A stretch of DNA of 64,000 bases from a virus (lineage: Duplodnaviria > Caudoviricetes): IMG/VR virus record IMGVR_UViG_2974508059_000001, positions 128,001 to 192,000 of that record; one strand, written 5' to 3'. Within the stretch, counting starts at the first letter, position 1. The number at the start of each line of letters is the position of its first letter. Both the position numbers and the translations under genes were made by a program. Positions 59,072 to 64,000 of this stretch are shown here, in pieces. The notes under the pieces are model-generated. The model was not told the DNA's origin, searched no databases, and saw nothing but the letters and a program-made list of their open reading frames with translations.

Positions 59072-59674
59072 ATGCAAGTCATTTTAAACATGGCTCTCGG
59101 TGAACAGGCTAACCAAATCAGCGAACTGATGGTCGACCTGCGTAAAGACCTGAACTTTGAGCTGCACGACATTATCAGTAAATACGAACGCAGTCTGCGC
59201 GAGGACACCGACAAAGTGCACCACGTTGTTGATGCTCCGAAGATTGTCGATGAGTTAACCGCGCTGATTGTTGACCAAGCCAAGGACGTGTTGCAAAAGA
59301 CGTTCACCATTGGCATCAACGGTTGGGACACCGTGGATGAGCTGGCCCTGCGGGTAGAAGAAGCGTTCACGAAGGGGGTAACGGACTTAGAAAGTTACGT
59401 GCACCTGAATGCCCACGAAACCTTTGTGGCCTGTGGCAACTCCGGTGAACGCACACTGACGTTCCAAATGGAATCGCTCCACGATCTCTTTGGGGCAACC
59501 GACACCATGAAGGTGGAAGGCATTGTGATGAAAGCCAAAGAGAAGGTTGGCATCCTTGCCCGTCAGGAAATGGAAACCCTTCTGAGCAAGCTCCAACTGT
59601 ACAAACTGACGCCAGAGCAAGTGGATGGTGTTCATGAGATGGGCCGTGGTGAAATGACCGTTAGTCGTTTCTAA
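59072..59674 (+). CDS. Helical acidic protein (paralogue array 1)
   Basis: AAGGAG RBS; MQVILNM N-terminus. Confidence 0.7.
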   Translation: MQVILNMALGEQANQISELMVDLRKDLNFELHDIISKYERSLREDTDKVHHVVDAPKIVDELTALIVDQAKDVLQKTFTIGINGWDTVDELALRVEEAFTKGVTDLESYVHLNAHETFVACGNSGERTLTFQMESLHDLFGATDTMKVEGIVMKAKEKVGILARQEMETLLSKLQLYKLTPEQVDGVHEMGRGEMTVSRF

Positions 59675-59718
59675 GAAAGGCGCAGTTAATAATCAACTTC
59701 AACGAGTAAGGATAAATC

Positions 59719-60396
59719 ATGAAATTGTACCTAAATCTGACTACCGATGAAAACCGTAAAGTTTGGCCTGCTCTGATGATGTCGATGTACGACGATGTCG
59801 AGCACATCATTGCCCACCACTACGCCTCTCAGCCAGACAAAGGCCCGCTGATCCGTCAGGCGGCTACCCAAGCGCTGTTACCGATCACCATGGGCATGTC
59901 TCGTTTGCAGGATACTTTGCTGGAATTCCGCTACGATGATATCGACAGTGCTGAAGGTGTTATCGACACCACCATCGATATCTTTACGGCAGATAACAAC
60001 GCAGCACGTATCCGCGATGAGTGGGTAAAAGAAATGCGTGAGCGGACAACGGTACACTTCCAAGACTCTGTCGGTGATGAGCATGTTTTGAATCTCAAGG
60101 AAGAAGAGATTGAAAACTTCATCGAAATGGCGGACGAACGCGTGAAAGAAATTACGGCATCTCTTTGGGCGTCGGTATCGAAGCAGATCAAATCGATTAC
60201 CATGCGTTTCACACCACACACTCACTTCCCCGCCACCGGCCGGGCAGTTGGGCGGGATGTTCCAAATACCCAGAACGCGCCAAGTGAAAGCGGTGTCGAC
60301 ATTCATCTGGATGACTCCAATGTCGATCTCGAGCTGACCCCTCCTGCTGCTGACGCGGTTGAAAAGCTGAAAGAAGAGCTGAATAAGGACGACTAA
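59719..60396 (+). CDS. Helical acidic protein (paralogue array 2)
   Basis: AAGGA RBS; MKLYLNL N-terminus. Confidence 0.7.
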   Translation: MKLYLNLTTDENRKVWPALMMSMYDDVEHIIAHHYASQPDKGPLIRQAATQALLPITMGMSRLQDTLLEFRYDDIDSAEGVIDTTIDIFTADNNAARIRDEWVKEMRERTTVHFQDSVGDEHVLNLKEEEIENFIEMADERVKEITASLWASVSKQIKSITMRFTPHTHFPATGRAVGRDVPNTQNAPSESGVDIHLDDSNVDLELTPPAADAVEKLKEELNKDD

Positions 60397-60869
60397 TGCG
60401 CATCTATATCTCGTTTGATACCGATGATGTCCTAAAGACCATTGGTGAATTGCGTCGAGATATCGTGGTGTTCGGCCGTCAGTTTCTGATTGACGCCATG
60501 CAAGAGGAGCCGGCCTCACTTAAAGAGTACGATGACTTCGACTTCATCAATAGGCTGTCTGTGGCGTTGGCTTCAGGCTGGACAGAGTTTCTGGAAGCGG
60601 TGCAGCACAAGCTGTGGCTGCTCGATGAAAAGACGCTTGATAGCGGGGACAGCTTAGACTGGTGCGTGAAAGAGTTCACGCCCATCTTTGAAGGAACCCC
60701 ACCTACCATGCGTCGGAACGTCTTAGCGCTGAACTGTCCGGTTTACGACATCATGGTCATGGAGTTGCTTACTGAACGTGCCGAGGCGGGTTATCGTGAC
60801 ATGCTTAATACGCTCACTGCTGAGTTGGAGCAAGTCTTCGAAAAGGCGTGGCAGCTCTTTAAGAAATAA
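60396..60869 (+). CDS. Helical acidic protein (paralogue array 3)
   Basis: TAATG overlap; MRIYISF N-terminus. Confidence 0.7.
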   Translation: MRIYISFDTDDVLKTIGELRRDIVVFGRQFLIDAMQEEPASLKEYDDFDFINRLSVALASGWTEFLEAVQHKLWLLDEKTLDSGDSLDWCVKEFTPIFEGTPPTMRRNVLALNCPVYDIMVMELLTERAEAGYRDMLNTLTAELEQVFEKAWQLFKK

Positions 60870-60877
60870 GGAGGGTT

Positions 60878-61354
60878 ATGGTAATTTACATTGACACTGC
60901 ATCTCCTAAAGTGAAGAAGCGGCTCTTTGGGCATCTGGAGAAACTCCACGACAAACTTTGCCAGAAGATGCTGAAGGCGATGCCGTTTGAGGAGTTCGCA
61001 AAAGGAAAACCCCACACTCGCATTAACAACACGGTGTCGCGCTGGATACGCATTTTAGCGGAGCCCTACAGTCGGGTGCTCACTGGACAACCGCTGAAGG
61101 TAGGGGTTAGTGATTGCACCGCCAAGCGCGTCGAGGAATTCTGGGCGGCTTTCTGGGGCATGGGTGAGGACATCTTGAGTAATATCATGGAAGAGGTCCG
61201 GGAGGGCAAGTTGAACTTCTCCACGCTTTTTAATGAGCAGGAGAAGAAAGACGTTGCCGCCCTGATAAGGCATACCCAAGCCGACATGCAGGGGACGTTG
61301 GAGGGCTTGATAAACCAACAGGTCAATGCGTCGCTGCGACTTGTGGAAAGGTAA
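60878..61354 (+). CDS. Helical protein (paralogue array 4)
   Basis: AAGGAGG RBS; MVIYIDT N-terminus. Confidence 0.7.
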   Translation: MVIYIDTASPKVKKRLFGHLEKLHDKLCQKMLKAMPFEEFAKGKPHTRINNTVSRWIRILAEPYSRVLTGQPLKVGVSDCTAKRVEEFWAAFWGMGEDILSNIMEEVREGKLNFSTLFNEQEKKDVAALIRHTQADMQGTLEGLINQQVNASLRLVER

Positions 61355-61357
61355 CGG

Positions 61358-61852
61358 ATGCGCATTTACGTAGACATGAACACCACCAACATCTACGACG
61401 CCTTCTCCATCGGTTTCGAAGGTATGCTGGAACGCACACTGGAGTACCACCGGATGTTGGTCTCGGGGCATGAGAATGAACGCGTCAGAGAAAACGCTGA
61501 CTACTTCAAATCGAAAGCCTACGAGGGTCACCTCTCTGCACTGCTGTTAAAAGGGTTTGGGCATTTCCATACCCTCATCAATTCACAGTTGGTGTGTTTC
61601 AACACCGAACTCACACGGGTGTCGCAAGATGACCCGGTGACGCGGTTGATGAATACCTGTACCGCAGATGTGGTGGGTGAACTGGTGAATTTCCCCGATG
61701 GGACGAAGCTTGAGTACGCGCTCTTTGACGAGGCGGTGATGGATGACCTGTACGTGGAACTGGAAGCGTTTCGCGAAGAGCTCATCCGTATCGTTAATGC
61801 CGAAGTCAACGACGCGCTCAAAGCCGCTATCCTCATTGTGAAAAATAAATAA
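61358..61852 (+). CDS. Helical acidic protein (paralogue array 5)
   Basis: MRIYVDM N-terminus. Confidence 0.7.
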   Translation: MRIYVDMNTTNIYDAFSIGFEGMLERTLEYHRMLVSGHENERVRENADYFKSKAYEGHLSALLLKGFGHFHTLINSQLVCFNTELTRVSQDDPVTRLMNTCTADVVGELVNFPDGTKLEYALFDEAVMDDLYVELEAFREELIRIVNAEVNDALKAAILIVKNK

Positions 61853-61857
61853 AAGTC

Positions 61858-61881
61858 ACCCTACTCCGAGTGGAGTAGGGT
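61858..61881. terminator. Bidirectional terminator
   Basis: ACCCTACTCC-gagt-GGAGTAGGGT between convergent genes. Confidence 0.8.
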
Positions 61882-61896
61882 ACTTCTTCTTATCTT

Positions 61897-62652
61897 TTAT
61901 TTTTTGCCTTCACGCAACAGTTTCAAACGATCGGCGGTGGCGTTCAACGCTTCCAGCAGTTCGTTGGTTTGTTTCATGAAGAGACCGAACAGCTCAACCC
62001 AGTTAGAGGCCATGTCGAGTGCCAGTGTGAGTTGCTCAACCACCTGCGGATGCACCTCTTGGTCAGCCAGTGCGTCTGCAGAAGCCCCGATAGAGTCAAC
62101 CAGGCGGGTAACGTCTTTGCGAAGCTTCTTGCTGATGTCCGCACGCAGGGCACGGGCACGGTTGAAGGTGGCGTCGATTTCACTGGCGCTGTGATACGTC
62201 TTTTCAATCGGACGCTGGTCAACGACCGCGTTGCTGTAGGACTGGGCGAGCTTTGCCACCAAGTCCTGTGGCTCGATGTTCTTCAGCGGGTATTTGAAGT
62301 CCTTGAAGCGAAAGCCCACAGGCAGGGTCAGCATCCCTTTCTGGTGCGTCATGCCGGCCAGCAACTTATCAATCGGTTGCAGCACACCCGGCAGGATATC
62401 TTGCAGCACATCCCACACAGACTCCAGACGCTGAAGGTGGTCCATCACGTAGGTGTTGAAACCCGGTGGCACCGGTACCAGCATACCTTGGAAGTTCAGG
62501 AACTTCTCTTTCTGCATCCAGTTCGCCATGTTCGACATGTCGTCGTACGTGGTCAGGGCCAGCTCTTGGTCGTTGTTGGTAAAACCTTTGGGTAAAATAA
62601 CCGACGCTTTGGAAGCAAATGCTTGGAGCGCGGCGATGGGATTCAGTGTCAT
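61897..62652 (-). CDS. Putative virion protein
   Basis: GAGG RBS; TATG upstream; divergent from uvsX. Confidence 0.5.
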   Translation of the reverse strand: MTLNPIAALQAFASKASVILPKGFTNNDQELALTTYDDMSNMANWMQKEKFLNFQGMLVPVPPGFNTYVMDHLQRLESVWDVLQDILPGVLQPIDKLLAGMTHQKGMLTLPVGFRFKDFKYPLKNIEPQDLVAKLAQSYSNAVVDQRPIEKTYHSASEIDATFNRARALRADISKKLRKDVTRLVDSIGASADALADQEVHPQVVEQLTLALDMASNWVELFGLFMKQTNELLEALNATADRLKLLREGKK

Positions 62653-62753
62653 TATACTTCCTCGGAGACGGGTGATTGGGCTACATACTAAGTCTTTTTA
62701 CGTGTCGCCGTGTCTTTATGTAGAACACAAACCTAATAAACACGGAGCTTTCG

Positions 62754-64000
62754 ATGGCAGGTCCAGCTAACCAAGTAGTGGGTGAGGTAATCCGCCCTCG
62801 CTTTAACGTCTATACCATCATGGACCACGCTTTAGGTGGTTACGAACGCGGTTCGGATGGTCTGTATTACCTCAATGGTGGCTTTGCACACATCATGGGC
62901 TTCTCAGGTCGTGGTAACAGCTTTAAGAGTACGTTGCTCGACTTCTGTATCTTCCAAATAATGTTGCGCTACCGTGCAGCGTGGGGCTCTAAATACGACA
63001 CCGAAGTTTCGGCGGCATTAGACCGTCTGGAAACCGGCTACCGTTCCGCCCAGCGTGCATCCGGTATCGAAGATGGCACCAGTGTGCTGTCCATGATTGA
63101 CGAAGGTCGTTATAACTTCGTGGCGTCTGATATGTTGCCGGGTGAGCAGTATTACTCCGAATACATCCGTAAAGAAATCGAGAAGCGCTTCGCCGATTAC
63201 GTCAAGAAGAAAGACGTGCGTGAGTCGCCGTTCCCAGACCCGGTTCGTCGTCAGAACAAAATGATGCTCGACCCGTGGTTCTATACCATCGATTCCCTGT
63301 CTGAATTCCACACGTCTGATATCGAAGGCAAACACGCCAAGACCGACGTGGGTGATTCCGATCAGAACATCCTGAACGCCCACGACTCCCTGCAGAAATC
63401 GAACATGATGGGACGTTGGCCATCTGGTCTGGCACGCGGTCACATGTACATGGGCTTCGTTGTGCATCTGGCCGATGACATGGGCGGAGCCATGAAGAAC
63501 GGCGGTAAGCCGTCTGCGGATAAACTGCTGGACGATATCTCCGGCGAGTTGAAATTCTCGAACGTTCCACGTCGTGCGATTTCCTTCTTAACGAACAGCC
63601 TGATTGTTGCCACCAAAACCGGTGAGCTGAAAGCAGACAGTTCGTACGATGCGAAAACCGCGACCAACGAACCGATGTACCCAACGGCCCGTAGCCGTAC
63701 CATGAACTCGTCAGCCAATGACTTGAAACTGGTTCGCTACACGCAGTTCCGTGCCAAGGGTGGTCCAACCGGTGTTAAGTTTGAGCTTATCTTCTCGCAG
63801 TCGCTGGGCTTCTTCTATCACTTATCCCTGTGGCATTACATCTCTAAAACGCTGAGCACCGACTACGGTTACACCCGTACAGGCGCTAACTATGAGCTCC
63901 ACATCTTACCGGGTGTTAAGTTCATGCGTACCACGATTCGCGACATGATTGATGAGAACCCGCGTCTGCGTCGTGCGTTAGAGATTACTGCGGCCATGGC
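62754..64000 (+). CDS. uvsX: UvsX/RecA-like recombinase, 3'-truncated (not in ORF track)
   Basis: GGAG RBS. MAGPANQ... with Walker A GRGNSFKST, YDTE, and Walker B TIDSLS. No stop seen before the window end. Confidence 0.8.
   Translation, partial: MAGPANQVVGEVIRPRFNVYTIMDHALGGYERGSDGLYYLNGGFAHIMGFSGRGNSFKSTLLDFCIFQIMLRYRAAWGSKYDTEVSAALDRLETGYRSAQRASGIEDGTSVLSMIDEGRYNFVASDMLPGEQYYSEYIRKEIEKRFADYVKKKDVRESPFPDPVRRQNKMMLDPWFYTIDSLSEFHTSDIEGKHAKTDVGDSDQNILNAHDSLQKSNMMGRWPSGLARGHMYMGFVVHLADDMGGAMKNGGKPSADKLLDDISGELKFSNVPRRAISFLTNSLIVATKTGELKADSSYDAKTATNEPMYPTARSRTMNSSANDLKLVRYTQFRAKGGPTGVKFELIFSQSLGFFYHLSLWHYISKTLSTDYGYTRTGANYELHILPGVKFMRTTIRDMIDENPRLRRALEITAAM

Noticed and set aside
63018-63768. 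Minus-strand ORFs at the window end
   Set aside because: They are antisense to the UvsX reading frame.

Overview
This window is a segment of a phiKZ/SPN3US-like jumbo phage genome (Chimalliviridae-type, probably infecting an enterobacterium). The assignment rests on gene content: giant virion/fibre paralogues, a baseplate spike, an SbcC-like ATPase, RNase H, a UvsX/RecA with a GxxxxFKST P-loop, and many hairpin terminators. The left half (1-32.8 kb) is mostly late structural and lysis genes. It holds a duplicated three-gene virion cassette, a GH108 endolysin/DUF1353 cassette, four paralogous fibre-like genes, DUF1471 genes and a spike. The right half is early/accessory genes behind a repeated 20-bp promoter-like motif, plus DNA-metabolism genes. 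The standout is a terminator-bounded 8-gene operon (9468-14858, minus strand) between the fibre genes and the endolysin. It encodes three paralogous small proteins with a shared leader; two carry 21 and 23 near-perfect Cys-X-X-X (Gly/Ser) repeats. It also encodes two radical SAM enzymes (one with a SPASM-type domain), two unknown proteins and a DUF4376-like protein. This looks like a phage-encoded RiPP-like (thioether/ranthipeptide-type) modification system, possibly acting on a virion appendage. All family calls come from motif recognition by eye; no searches were run.
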